Assembly (NCBI RefSeq): GCF_006345805.1 | Contig: NC_043014.1 | Span: 4,588,001-4,652,000 of the forward strand | Source of the DNA: Octopus sinensis | Taxonomy: Eukaryota | DNA length: 64,000 nucleotides | Direction: 5' to 3' | Shown here: one piece after another, positions 25,208 through 39,265 of the stretch | How positions within the stretch are numbered: position 1 is the stretch's first letter | Layout of the letters: every line of letters begins with the position of its first letter | Position numbers and translations under genes: made by a program | Notes under the pieces: model-generated | What the model was told of the DNA's origin: nothing | Databases searched by the model: none | The model's input: the letters and a program-made list of their open reading frames with translations, nothing else

Positions 25208-27157
25208 TCATTTTAAAAGTTTCATTTTTTCTTCTTCTTTTGTATTGTTTTTGATGAGGTGTTTGTATAGTTTTTTCGACAGGTATCGTTGAAACCCGCC
25301 AACCGCATTCGGAAATATTGTTTTTAGTATGTGATGTTGTGCTTGTGTTATGTGTAAAATTCTGATGTGTTTCGGTGGTGTGGTGTGCGGATGATTGTTT
25401 CTCTTAAAGTCATCTTCACAGATGACCGTGCTGGATGTGATGTAGTCCATTAATTCTTTATTGTCTGTGTCTATTGCAGTTAGTTGTGTGTGTGGTTTTA
25501 CGGTTTCATAGCTTTTTTGATTGTCTAGGGGAATGTTGTCTGGAGTTAGATATCTCCCTACTTTACTTCCTTGTTTGGTGGATTTTTGGGATCTTTTCCT
25601 TTTACCCCCTGTGGCTATTTGCCATTCCGTCGAACTTTCGTCGTCCGACGTATCAGTAGAAGGTAAAGGCAAAGCATTTGCATTACTATGTATGCTTGTA
25701 AAAATTGTTGATGTTTTGTGCGGTGTTTGTGTTGTTGTGGTGTTAGGTGTAGAATTTGTCTTCTCGTCACTGTTTTCTGTCTTTTTAATTGTCGTCCTGG
25801 GTGTGGGTGTTTGTCTATTTTTTGTTGATTCAACATGTTTAATTAGAAGAGACAACGTCAACGGTGATTGTGTTGGTACTGTTTCTTTTCTTGGTGATGT
25901 TGTTGGGGTTTGTTTGCTGGTTTGTTGTTTTTCTTGGCATTGTTCCATAATTGAGAGTGTTGGTGTTGGTGTTGGCAACAAGGGTTTTTTATTTGTTTTC
26001 TGATTTGTTCTTTCTTGTTTTTTCTGTAACAGAGCGCACTTGGCAATTAAATGTTCGGGGCTGCCACAGTTGTAGCATCTAGGCTTTTTGCCTTTTGCTA
26101 CAACATATAGGCATTGCCCATTTTCCAAGTGGATCTTATCCGGTAGGCTCTCGATAGAGGCCCCCTCAATCTGTTTGGTCACCACTATTGTCTTCCCACC
26201 CCAAATGTCGCCAAGGTACACGGCGGTTTCCAAAATGTTGATATTTTTTAAATGGTAACACATTGCCACTGTTATCCATTTGTTAGGAATCTCGGGAGGT
26301 ACATTTTTAATAGTGATTCCACTCACTCTCTGGTTTTTATAGTATGGGACCATGATGATTTCATCATTTCCCAGAGACTCAGTAGAGTGAGCTTTTGCCA
26401 CTTCCTGGTTAGGGAAGCGGACCTCTACTGTGTTAAACTGGGGACCCCAGTTTATATATTCTTTTTCTTTCATTATGTTTTTTAAGCATTTTTCTACATC
26501 TGTTTTTGTAATCTGTTCATTTAGTTTTTTGTTTTTTCTTATAATTTTATAAATAATTGTCTTATTTTCTATTTCTTGCTTTATGTGTTGAGGTGTATGC
26601 AGCACTAAATCTTGTCCACGGGTTGTAAAGAGAGCTCTTGTTTCTATGAGCTCTTAATTTGTAAATGTTACAATCTCCTTCTTCTGGCGAAGAACGTCAG
26701 CGAAATTTACTGGTGTTGTTGATTTTTTTGTATTAACATCTTCACTATTAGATAGTTCATTTTTATTGTTGTTCATGTTGTTGCTGTTGTTTTTGTCAAT
26801 AGTTTTCGTGTGAGTTTTATTTTTAACATTTATGTTGGTCGTGGTAGTGGTGGTGGTGGTGGTGGTGGTGGTGGTGGTGGTGGAGGTGGTGGTGGTAGCA
26901 GTAGTAGTTTCGTGGTTGCTGTTGTTAGTGGTGGTGGTGGTGGTGACAGGAATGTTACCGCATGTGGTTGCAGCGTTCATTCCACCGATATTCATGTTTG
27001 CACTTTGCGTGCGTACGTTCTTTTTTTCTCCTATCGTTTCCAGACTAGGAAAATGCTGATCCATAAAAGAACGCGACCAGCGTTCTACAAGAAAATTACA
27101 GAAATGAAATGGGTTTGAAACTGCCCCTACGGGCGAATTCCTCCCTTGGAAAAGCAC
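25208..27157 (-). CDS. Tx1 ORF1 (zinc knuckle, Thr-rich N-terminus) interrupted by one in-frame TAA at 26654-26656
   Basis: ORFs 26654-27157 and 25208-26605 share a frame (FTN*ELIETRALFTTRGQDLVLHTP). CYNCGSPEHLIAKC is a knuckle, and NFADVL is an ORF1-like motif. Confidence 0.85.
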
Positions 27158-27440
27158 TCAAAAAGATTATTTTAGATCTTGATTATAATATATATATATA
27201 TTTCATTGATAATTTATATATATTAGTCATTTCAAATATCTATATAAGTAGATATTTACTTAAATGAATATTAGAATATGGATTTTCTACCTTATAAATT
27301 AAAGATAATATTTAACATTATAGTCGATTTCGATATAATCATATTTAATAATAGAGTTTACTATAAGTAAATTATTATTTTAGATTATATAGATTATTTA
27401 TATCTTAAAAATATTGATTATATTTTAGGTTTTGAAACCA

Positions 27441-27498
27441 CCTGAAGAATGTCTACTACTCAAAGATATGATGAAAGAAGACATGAAACGATCGAAGG
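27441..27498 (+). ncRNA. Degenerate minimal hammerhead motif (Penelope-type)
   Basis: CC-TGAAGA-ATGTCT...AGACAT-GAAA-CGATCG-A-A-GG. Stem II is a perfect 6 bp and stem III is palindromic, but the U16.1 position is A. Confidence 0.45.
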
Positions 27499-27687
27499 GG
27501 ATATTAATAATTGTTAAATTTCTAAAAAATATAAATAAATTTATGTATTGGCTTAAGTCTTTCTTTGTTTGATTTGCATAATAGTGGTTTTGTCTCTAAT
27601 TTAATATAATATAATATTTTACTATAAAATTGGATTCAATCCTAAATCTGATTTTTCCCTGTAAGTTTGGATTTATTCCCTAATACT

Positions 27688-27750
<63 letters not shown>

Positions 27751-27751
27751 C

Positions 27752-27848
<97 letters not shown>

Positions 27849-27871
27849 AACACATACACACAAACATATGT

Positions 27872-27905
<34 letters not shown>

Positions 27906-27916
27906 AATACATATAC

Positions 27917-28013
<97 letters not shown>

Positions 28014-28055
28014 AACACATACACACAAACATATGTTATATATATATGTATAAAC

Positions 28056-28086
<31 letters not shown>

Positions 28087-28147
28087 AATTTTTATGCACT
28101 TCCATTTATACATCTACATATACACACTATATTTAAGGAGTGAATAA

Positions 28148-28800
28148 CCAGTTTATATAGCACCCGTGTACAAAATATCTAATCCTCATCCCTTTCGTAT
28201 GCAGTCAATTTATAACCTACTATATATGTTCCCAAACATTTTTCTTACAAACATTTGTGATATTCCATTGAACGCCAAATGATATATTGACCTTCGAGCT
28301 TCAATCCGGAATATTATTCGCCAGTGCTAGAAATGCCCGACTCTTCAGTGATCATGATGGATAACTATACTAAATAATATCAAGGCAATAGAGCTTTTGC
28401 ATCAATTCAAACTACTTTTAAATATTGCTTCATATTGCCTTGACAGTTTCTCCTAAGGACGCAGTGGAAAAGTCCTACAGCGGATTAGGACGCCGTACAT
28501 GAAAGGTTGGCGTCGGGCTTTCTTGCGCGTCAGCAGAATGCGCAAGTCTACGTTTATAGTAATCTTCAAACTACCAGCGATTTTAGATAGCAAAATTAGT
28601 CTACTCTTGACAATGAACAGGGATATTAGCTGTTTATGTAATGTGTATGCTTTGCCATATACAAGCATGAAATAATGAAATACCAGATTCACAGAAAGGC
28701 ATGCAGTTCCAGCAAACCTCCAAGATGTAACACGATATAATAGATTTGGTGGAATGGACAATGTCGACGTCACCCACATCTTCATAAAATGCTGTCCGAA
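28148..28800 (-). mobile_element. Helitron-like remnant (Rep-domain fragment, possible CTGG 3' end)
   Basis: Degenerate HWRII...HLAF resembles EAxWRI...HLAVH. The 3' end ...CACGGGTGCTATATAAA-CTGG-T resembles a Helitron terminus. Confidence 0.4.
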
Positions 28801-28866
28801 AATGTTGTCATATATTGCATTCTTTTCAGTTCTAAACGATAATAAATACTCTCTATTTTTCCACAG

Positions 28867-28918
28867 AACCGTGTCATCTCCAAGAAATCTTGCGACGATA
28901 AACCTGATGACACCCCAA
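28867..28918 (+). CDS. Gene A exon 2b (NRVISKKSCDDKPDDTP)
   Basis: TTTTCCACAG|AACCGT...CCAA|GTAAG, 52 nt. Confidence 0.75.
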
Positions 28919-31636
28919 GTAAGAACTAATTTTATATTGTATAAGACAATAACTTTGAAGAAATGTTCAGGAATGAGATTAAATATTATAAAGTATCCAG
29001 CTTCCAGTTCTACAGTGTTTAGCTAAAGTCATTCACCCGTGTCTCCTTAACGATTTATAATTTCACCAAAGTTGAATTGTCTCTACATCACTATTCATAT
29101 TTCTTCAGTAATATATACTAAGACACTAGTCTAAATTTCTTTTGAAATACATTTTTCTTTACAATAATTTCCTTAATAAAATGTTACTCTGTTATACTAT
29201 GACATTAATTGTGTGTATATGAGTGTGTGTGTATGTGTGTGCGTGTGCAGCGCTACGTCGATAAGTGTACGAACTATTGTTCGTCTGAGAATCGAATGCC
29301 CGACCTAGCGCATCAATGCGTTTATATCTAGAATTTAGCAATCTGTTCAGTGTTGTGCTTCCAATCACTCGTGAATAGATTCCCGAAGTAACGATGTTCC
29401 ACTTTCCTGCAGAGTGTGTGTTAGTCATCCCTGCCTTGGAGCACTCGGCAGCCAACCCATTCAATGCGTGTCGAAAGTGAACATGACATGAGTCAGATAG
29501 CAGCATGTCGTCTGCAAATAGCAGTCGACCGACCCCATACAGACGAAATGAGATACTTCTTCTAAAATGGCTGAGCCTTGCTCAACCAGACCATAAGAAA
29601 TGTGAGAAGAAGCACTAACAATGCACTCTTCTATTGAAGTCCAAACACCATGTTGAAAACATTCGGCTTTTGCACAAAAACAAACATTTGGACATCCGTA
29701 CGAGTATTTTACGGTAAAAAGTATTTGCCCAATAATCTCACTTTCCTGGTAAACCATCCTGAACATGCCCCACGGCACGTGGTGTACAGCGTATTCCCCT
29801 TGGATATATTTCAACATTTTCTCGAAGATCTGCTTTGAACTCATATCTGGTCGGGTGTACTGTTTCCAGGACAGTAGTCCTGGACGCGACAATTTCCCTA
29901 CGTATCTTTTCTAGACATGTAGAGTAGACTTTGTCTTAAAAAAATCTGTGGTTATTACCCCGGATTGACATTGCCCTCGTGTTTTCTTTGATGCCCCATT
30001 CCACCTAGCATACATGGGTCACTCAAGGAATACCCTGAGTATTTAAGGGTTTTAAATTATCAAGACGAACGTATTTCTCTCCAGCAGCTTTATCACTTTT
30101 CAGTGACTTTAGTTCGACAAAAATAATACAATCACTAATCAATTTCGATGCCCAAGTTTATTCATGTGGGTCTCTCTCAATTTGGATGCAATATTATCCA
30201 CAATTTTGTTTCTTATTCCATCATCCACTACTGCTTTCAACTTTATTCTGCAGGTCGCACTGGACTTACCAATTTACTGGGTTCTCCCAACTGTAGGCAT
30301 CTTCCGGTTTCAGACATCTTTGTAGTGGTCAGTTGACAACTCTCCCCACTACTTATAACCCGAAGGTCCAGCGCAGACTCAAAGATGACTGAGACGACAA
30401 CAACATCTATCAAGAATTTCTGTCACTAAGCATTTCTATTCCAAGTACCCTTATAAACAACCGTCTTAAAACGATATCTATATCATAGAGAGTCCAGAAG
30501 ACTAGTATGGCCACCACATTAAGGTGTGTGACGCCATTCCACCCAATCAATACTTCTTGCGGTTATCAGCGCCAAAGTGTGCACGGAAGTCTCCTAGTAA
30601 GACAAATGACTTTACCCCAAATATATCCAAAGCTGCAGTGACTTTGTTAAGGAAGCATTTGTATTTGGCCTCGCTATTGGGTGCATTTACTTCCAGCAGC
30701 TACACCACTCCTTCATTCTGCTTGAGCTTCAGGAGGTATCCCTTAATACCTAGTGGGATTCACTTCATAATCCAATCCGAAAGCCAGGGATTGTGAGCAT
30801 CCCACTTCCGCCTATGCAGACATAGTTGGCACCACAACTGCACGGTGGAGTTTCCAACCTAATTCCAAGTGTGCGCCTCCGAAGCAATGAAGCTTTCTTG
30901 AGGAGACTGATTATATATAACAGGCAACGTTTTGTCTCGTCCGGTTTTGACAGTCTAATTCTCAATTATGAACGGATGACCCCTTGTGGACCGGCTTCGG
31001 TGACATGGAACACACATATTTTGTTTTCCCTTCCCATGCATCCCAATTTGAGTTGGGTGGAGACTGAAAAATATTTCCCAAATGGACTCCTTCATCCAAG
31101 ATCCGGACGCAAATGCTGTTATCCCTCTCGATGAATGACGCGTTATGGCTATTCCTTCGAGCCCATTGCATATTGAGGCTATGATGGCCTGATTCGCGCC
31201 AAGCACCAACCTGATATTTGTAATTGACCAATCCAGTACCAAGAATTGATAATATGGCTACATATCTAAAAAAGACTTTATCATTATTACGGTCACAAAT
31301 ATATATACTCACATCCAAGTTCAACAACAAAACAAACATCCATTCATAAGGGAGACAAATACACATTCTGATATTCTGAGATTAATCTCTCAATTCGTTG
31401 ACATCAACGTCAACAACAGGCTCAATAGACAAATGACTAATTTTCTTCGTTTAAAATTTATTCTTAGCGAATCATTTACTTCTTTCATTCTGATTTTCAT
31501 TCATTCACTAATTCTTTTTCTCTTAAATTCTAAATTTCTCTCCTCTCTATCAATTCCTTCCAAGCCAACAACTTCCTTTGTATAGGATACAAGAATTCTT
31601 TCTTTTAAACTAAATTGTTTCATTTTAATTTCACAG

Positions 31637-31711
31637 AACCCGGTCTCGGATCATTGTATACTCGGTGGGGCAGAACTACTTGTCCTACTAATTCAAGCCT
31701 TGTATATGACG
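31637..31711 (+). CDS. Gene A exon 3 (PGLGSLYTRWGRTTCPTNSSLVYD)
   Basis: TTTCACAG|AA...GACG|GTTAGT, 75 nt, phase 1 to 1. YxRWGRTTCP is the start motif of the C4-like domain. Confidence 0.9.
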
Positions 31712-33098
31712 GTTAGTATAAACTATACTTCTGTTCTCTCTTTCTCTCTTTATCTTTCTCTTCTTCTCTTTTTATTCCTTCATTTTCTCTTTCTGTCGTC
31801 TCTCTCCCTCTCCGTCTCTCTCACGCACACGCCCACACACTCAAGCAAATCATTTGATGACATATCACGTTTGAAACGATACCTATAGACCCTATAGAGT
31901 CTGCACAAGACTGCTTACTCCTATGTAGGTATTTGGTCAAATCAGAATTTAAATGTTGTCTACTACGGACCAAGTGAATAGGCGGTTGTCTAACTACAGA
32001 ATATAGATATCTCTACATTAAGTTATAGATAGGACTAGACGGGAATCCAGTATAGCGATCAAGGACTCCTGGCTGACTTGTATGGAGTGTAGATATCAAA
32101 TACCGAGGCTGCTGACTGGTGATCAAGTGTACTGGCTACGGATGGTGGTATTGTACGTGAGCGACATGAGCTGAAAAGTGGCCACTTGACTATCTTTAAC
32201 TAGAGTGCCCAATGATCGTAGGTGTGGGCTAAATTGAATAGAGTCTATTAGAATTGATGACAGTGACTGTAAATGGTTAATGGAATGAAAGCACAATGTA
32301 GAATGAGGACTGGACAAGCCACATGTAACTGATGGAAAAAGCTAAGGACTTTATTCATTAAGTAAAATATAGAGAGACTAAATATTAGTGAGAGAACACA
32401 ACAGAGTACGGAATGCACTTCTATTCTTCTCCGCCTCACCGAAATCGTCCTATCGCTAAAACCTTGCTCTTTTCATGCACCACATCACCTCATTAATTAT
32501 CCAGTATATCTTTGTAAGGTAATTCCGAAACTTCCAATTCAAAACTGCTGCTACAAACGTCTTCCCCAATCAACCTCACAATCCCTAAAAGTCCTCCGAA
32601 TCTTCTCTCTTATAAACACTACACGTATCCTTTATCGGTCGCCCACTCCGCCGTCCATTCTTCTTAAGCACTAAGCCATCACTGAACCTCACAATTTTTC
32701 CTCCTACCTCGTTTCTGTGTATTGCATGAAAAAAGGTCTGTGTGATCATAACGTCTATGTAAGCCTGATTCGTTCGAGTCTAAACGAGAGGTTTAGCCAC
32801 TGACTCTCGTATGATCGACTGAACAACATTTCATCGACGGTTACCCACCACTTCTCTGCATCTCGTCGTCTCCCGTATTGTCCAACTCAAACCTCCTACA
32901 CTTTCCACCACCCAAAACATCTCCGTTCACACGTGAACATCTTTTCCATTTCGGATAAACACGAGTGCATGGGTTTCTTTTCCTCCATCTATTGACATCC
33001 ACCGAAAAACACCTACCCCATGCAAACATAAATAATAATCCGAGTCGTAACCACAAATACTTACCCGTATACATACAACATATATATACATATATATA

Positions 33099-33510
33099 GG
33101 CGCAGGAGTGGCTGTGTGGTAAGTAGCTTGCTTACCAACCACATGGTTCTGGGTTCAGTCCCACTGCGTGGCATCTTGGGCAAGTGTCTTCTGCTTTAGC
33201 CTCGGGCCGCCCAATGCCTTGTGAGTGGATTTGGTAGACGGAAAGTGAAAGAAGCCTGTGGAATGTAAGTATATATACATATATGTATGTGCGTGTATAT
33301 GTTTGTGTGTCTGTGTTTGTCCCCCCCACCATCGCTTGACAACCGATTCTGGTGTGTTTACGTCCCCGTCACTTAGCCGTTCGGCAAAAAGAGATCGATA
33401 GAATAAGTACTGGGCTCACAAAGAATAAGTCCCGGGGTCGATATGCTCGACTAAAGGCGGTGCTCCAGAATGGCCGCTGTCAAATGACTGAAACAAGTAA
33501 AAGAAAAAAA
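33099..33510 (+). mobile_element. tRNA-derived SINE type 1 (orthologous site to 63301; absent from copy B)
   Basis: Full head, internal microsatellite and tail. Confidence 0.92.
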
Positions 33511-33738
33511 GGGTATATATATATATATACATATATGATGAGAAGTTAAATGTACAGCCACGATTCAGCAACACACAGCTTACGCTAACATAAACACCAA
33601 CATATATACACCACAATTCGTTCACACGTGAGTAAACATGACTTCTTTTAAGTGAAAAATTGTAATGAATGTTTCCGTTATTTCGTATATAATTTTGCTT
33701 AACATCTTTTTTACTTGATTTATTCTTACCAATTCTAG

Positions 33739-34235
33739 GTGTGGTTGGTGGACAACATTATTCCCAGACTGGTGGCGGAAGTAATCTCTTGTGTCTACCC
33801 AACGATCCCATTTGGGCCAATTATACGGCAGAAGTTGAAAAAGGTGGTTACATTCATGGCAGTGAATATGAAATATCCCACTACTCAAATAAACTCTTTT
33901 CTTTTGCTAACGCTGAATCAATTCATGATCACAACGTTCCGTGCGCTGTCTGTTTGACACGACAACCTGCTGTTTTTATGATGTTACCAGCCAGGACACA
34001 GTGTTACGCTGGTTGGACAGCTGAATATTCAGGATATTTGATGACCGCGGGTTCTGGTCATAAGGGCACACATGAATATGTGTTTGTGGATTATGCACCA
34101 GAAGCTGATCCAGCGGGTTACAAGAACGAAGATGGAGCTCTATTATATTTCGTTCAGGCTGCTTGTGGTTCATTGCCGTGTCCACCGTATGTCCAAGGTC
34201 AAGAATTAACCTGCGTTGTGTGCAGTAAATATTGA
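33739..34235 (+). CDS. Gene A exon 4: short-chain collagen C4-like (NC1-related) domain
   Basis: TTCTAG|GT acceptor; GGGSNLLCLPNDP, VPCAVC, PARTQCYAGW, GYLM, CGSLPCPPY, ELTCVVCSK*; AATAAA at 34346-34351. E1+E2+E3+E4 = 768 nt = 255 aa. Confidence 0.93.
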
Positions 34236-36049
34236 ATAGAAATTAAATTCGGTTCCATATGAAAATATGACTGTGAATAACAAGAAATAACATAAAATTT
34301 TAATTGTGTTACCTAATATTTTCTTTAAAGTATGTCTATCGTTACAATAAACTGTTGTACTAGTTTACAGAAGATATTCAAACAATACAAAAGAGGCGAC
34401 GTAGAATGCCAGAAATATCCTAAAAAACAAGAATATTCTAAATCTGTCGAAATGATTCTAGAAACCATTTTGTAAGATTTCAGTTTATCAAACTTATCGT
34501 TGAAATAAAATGTTATTTTGTTTAACAGTATTTTGTCTTCTGTCTCATGATTCAACAAAACCCCAAATAAAGTACCACCAAAGAATTATATCAGCTTTTC
34601 ATGCACAGCCTTAGAAAATCTAATACTCGACGCTACTATCTCAGACATCTTGGTTTTCAAATTACAGCTCGGATTCTGACAAGGAGCCATAAACCGCTAT
34701 ATTACATAGCACAGAACTTAACTGATTCTTTCAACAACAACCAAATACTTCCACACAATCCATTCTATTTGCCGTTATTAATCAGGAAAGCTTTCCGATC
34801 CATTCCTACCCCATATCTTATAAAACCTATTTATCGTCTACTTTAGAAATATCACAAAATGTTCAATTTAAGCTTTCTGAGCATGTGGAATTTACACGAT
34901 CAATCCCTCAAAAGACAGTATAAATGAGTATTGGTCCTGCCAACCTACATCTATATCACAAAATTCCCACCTCTCTTCAAAATAAGATACAAAATGAAAC
35001 TCGATGCACACAACATACACGTCATACACTAAACGCTGATATACAAGAATAAGAAATAAAATCAACCAGAAAAATTGCCTCATTTCGACAGCAGAGAACA
35101 TCAAATACGACGATTTCTTTCACTCATCTACGTAAACATACCAGAACCGAAGAAAGGATGGATCCTAGAAGCTGAATACATTTCATGTAAAACGAATACA
35201 ACACCCATAAAAGCGAGAGTAAAGAGAGCAAATATAGTCAGGGCAAGCACGGATGCTGTGTGTAAGAAGGCTGAGATGTTGTGACCGTCACGTTATATCC
35301 AATAGGATTCATGACAGTATGTTGGAGGGTGTCGAATATTTGTCAGATAAACGAAGGTTTCGGTTAACAACATCAAGCTGCAATAAAGATTATTAATGTT
35401 TACTATCCCACTATTATTAGTCTGATGGGTAAATCTGCATTCGCTTCTCTAGATTACAAATATTTTCTTGGTTGTAAATCGTAAACAATTGCAGAGAATA
35501 CGGACGCTGGTAGATTTTCAAATTCATCTTTTGATTCAGCGGCATAATTAGACAGTTAAAACGACCGCCATGTGTTTAAGCTGTACAGAGCATGCGCAGC
35601 TGCATATGCAACCCGCCATTACGATAGGAAAAATTATGGGGCTTTGTTGAAATCTGACATGGCTGTAAGATTTATTTTGTAGCTTATTTCAAATTAACCT
35701 TATTTCGAGGGCCAAACCGAGAGTGTTACACACACACACACACGCACACACACACATATATATATTAAATTAGGTCAAACTATATCTGAGGGGTCTAATA
35801 TGCTTCATCTAAGAAAATTTAATCATAACTATGGAATTCCGCCGTACATATGCAGTCCATACGGAAGGTGCACTTGCGAATTGAGTTTCAAATGGGAGAC
35901 ACTGTACCTGTATGTTTTGCTATGATTTATAAAACAAGAAGAAAAATATTCAAAGCTAGTGATAATGACTAGCTAAAAATATGTATGAATGTCATTATTC
36001 GTTTTAATAGAATATTTCTGGCCAACAGAAAGAGAGACGGCTTCTAACT

Positions 36050-37634
36050 TAGTTCCAAGTATCTTTCATTGGAATTTCAACAACATGAACAGGATATTTT
36101 TGTATGTATGTATGTATGTATGTATGTATGTATGCATGTATGTATGTATGTATGTATGTATGTATACATATATGTATGTATGTATGCATGCATGTATGTA
36201 TGTATGCATGTATGCATGTATGTATGTATATATGTATGCATGTATGCATATATGTATATATGCATGTATGCATGTATGTATGTATGCATGAATGTATGCA
36301 TAGAAATAATCGGACTGAATACCCGATCGATCGGTTAAACCTTTGGGAGTGAAGGACTCCTAGACTTTGTTAGGGCTTCCTTCTAGGAGAAGGTAACTCA
36401 GGTAACTGGGATAACTCCGATATAAAACCTGCGGCTCAGTGGTTACCGATGACGTTGACTTGTTCTTCCTTTCGGATTATGGCAGGTGTTGATTAGTGAG
36501 TGGGATTGACACAGTGCACAGCCTTTCCTCGCTTAAAAAGAGTCTTCATGCACAGGCATTGCACGATAACAACATTGATTAAGCTTCGTGCAATGCCCAT
36601 ACTCAATAACGAGGGGGCAGCCACCAAGTATGTATGTATGTATGTATGTATGGATGGATGGATGGATTTAAGTATGTATGTATGTATGTATATATGTATG
36701 TGTATATATGTCTATCGATATATACATGCTTACATTCATACATACATGCATGCATACATGTATACGTAGATACATGTATGTATGTATGAATGTACGTATG
36801 TATGTATGTATGTATGTATGTATGTATGTATGTATGTATGCATGCATGTATGTATGTATGTAAGTATGTATACATATATGCATGCATGTATGTACGAATA
36901 TATGAAAGTATGTATACATGTATGTATGTATGCGTGTGTGTATGTATGTTTGTATGTATGTGTGTATGTATGTATATATGTGTGTGTATGCATGTATATA
37001 TGTATGTATGGGGGTATGTATGAATGTATGTATGTATATATGTAAGTATGTGTGTATGTATGTGTGTATGTATGTATATGTGTATGTATAGATGTATGTA
37101 TTGGGGTATTATGTATGTATATATGTATGTATGTATGTATGTGAAAATGTATGTATGTATTTATGTGTGTGTGTCTGTATGTATGTATGTATGTATGTAT
37201 GCATGCATGTATGTGTATATGTATGTATGGGTGGGTGGGAATTGGTAGGTTTTGATTTTGATATTCACATAAAACTTTTCTAATCAGATTAACGGTTGTT
37301 GTGAAGAATCCAATCCGAACAGCGGACTTCATTAGATTAAGTCTTGCGATTACTGTTTGGGTTGAGCGAAATTCTTCCCACACTGAATATTCAAACAGTG
37401 TGTGAGTGTGTGTGTATGTGTGTGTGTGTGGGTGTGTCAGTGTGTGTGTGTGCCAGTGTGTGTGTGTGTCAGTTGCTGTGTGTGTCTGTGTTAGTGTGTG
37501 TGTTTGTGTCAGTGTGTGTGTGTGTATGAGTGTGTGTGTGTCAAAGTGTGTGTGTGTGTGTGTGTGTAAGTGTGTGTGTGAGTGTGTGTGTGTCAGTGTG
37601 TCAGTGTTTGTGTGTATCTGTGTGTGTGTGTCAG

Positions 37635-37665
<31 letters not shown>

Positions 37666-37700
37666 CTGTCTTTGTGTCTGTGTATTTGTTGGTTGAACGA
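36050..37700. repeat. Compound (TATG)n/(TG)n microsatellite block upstream of gene B (equivalents ~10000-10860 and ~50660-52900)
   Basis: Direct reading of the sequence. It is interrupted by conserved unique islands. Confidence 0.95.
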
Positions 37701-38102
37701 AATACTTCCCACACTGAAAATTATAACGGTTTCCCAAGAATAAACAAATAAAATTAAATAACAACATTAGTAAATAAATATATCATAATATATCCAGAAA
37801 CAGGAATCATTTCACTTTACACGTGTCTCTCATTCATCAAAATATTTTGCTAATTATTGTGTGACAATATCAAACCATCTCTTTCCAATAATTAAACCTG
37901 TCAGACAAGTTCACGCCCACTTTTACAGTTCCACCAATCGCATTGGTTCATAAATTTACGATAAGATCTATGCCAGAGCTGGGTTGTTGTGCGCTCAATA
38001 AATACGTGGAATTCAGTTACAGGTCTTCAGCTTAAACCTCGCATCTCGATCTTTTGTTGAAGCCACACGAAGTATCACGTACGACCGACAACTGTCACCA
38101 GA

Positions 38103-38246
38103 ATGGATTTCGCACAACTGTCCAGGAATATTTCGCAGCGTTATTCCATTTCTTCTCTCATAGCTTTTGGGGTTCTTCTCGTTCTGACGATCGTGATTCT
38201 TCATCAAGATTCAAGAATAGGATAAATGGAAGAGAAATCGAAAACG
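38103..38246 (+). pseudogene. Gene B exon 1 with nonsense codon TAA (38223-38225) immediately followed by ATG
   Basis: ATA GGA TAA ATG GAA here, versus ATA GGA AAA ATG GAA in copies A and C. The donor ACG|GTAAGT is intact. Confidence 0.85.
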
Positions 38247-38670
38247 GTAAGTCATGGATTTTGTGTTAATATATGTATGTCTTTATGTATTTATATATGC
38301 ATGTATGTATGTATGCATTTACGTATGTATGTATTAATATGTGGATGTATGTACGTACCGATGGATGGATGGATGTAAGGATGTATGCATGAATCACGTA
38401 CATATGTTCCTATGGAGCACACACACACACATAAGATCACACACGTAATTACACACGAAAACACAGGCGCACACACCTAAGCATACATATATATACATAT
38501 ACGCATATTTGTATATATAATATACATATATATGTATATCTAAACATACATATATATGAATATATTAGTGCGTGAACATATATAGATATATATATAAAAA
38601 CAAATATATGCGTGTGTGTATCTATCACTGTATCTCTCTGTCTATCTCTCTCTCTCTCTCTCCATTTATC

Positions 38671-38730
<60 letters not shown>

Positions 38731-39098
38731 TATATAAATATATTCTTTTACCCGTTTCAGTCATTTGACTGCGGCCATAAGAGAGCACAGCGTTTAGTAG
38801 AACAAAGTGACTTCAGGAATTATTCTTTGTAAGCCTATTGCTCATTCTATCGTTATCTCTACCCGAACCGCTATGTAACGGGGACGTAAATACACCGACA
38901 TCAGTTGAGAATCGATAGTGGTGCGACAATAACAGACACATATATAAAACATAGATACATACAAACTATGTGTGCTATACACACAAACACACCCATACAT
39001 CTATATATATATATATATACATATCATATATACATACACACATATATAGTTACGTATGTATGTACATACATATCTATCTATCAATCTATTTATCTACA

Positions 39099-39181
<83 letters not shown>

Positions 39182-39208
39182 TTATCTATCTTTCTATCTA
39201 TCTATCTT

Positions 39209-39265
<57 letters not shown>

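Larger units (their letters stand above)
21376..27160 (-). mobile_element. Nearly full-length Tx1-clade (L1-like) LINE, ~5.8 kb
   Basis: Two-ORF structure with a 3' AATAAA. The 5' boundary is approximate. Confidence 0.93.

Noticed and set aside
26654-27157. Separate poly-Thr protein gene
   Set aside because: It is in frame with Tx1 ORF1 across a single TAA, so it is the ORF1 N-terminus containing an (ACC)n tract.
33099-33175. tRNA genes at SINE heads (also 7562, 40183, 45885, 56622, 63301)
   Set aside because: A/B-box-like motifs are present, but there is no complete cloverleaf, and each continues into a shared SINE body.
34601-35284. Host genes from short ORFs in the 3' flank (also 49105-49788)
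   Set aside because: The frames are broken differently in the two copies, there is no splice structure, and related sequence occurs near 7200-7400. This is more likely a decayed interspersed repeat that I could not classify.
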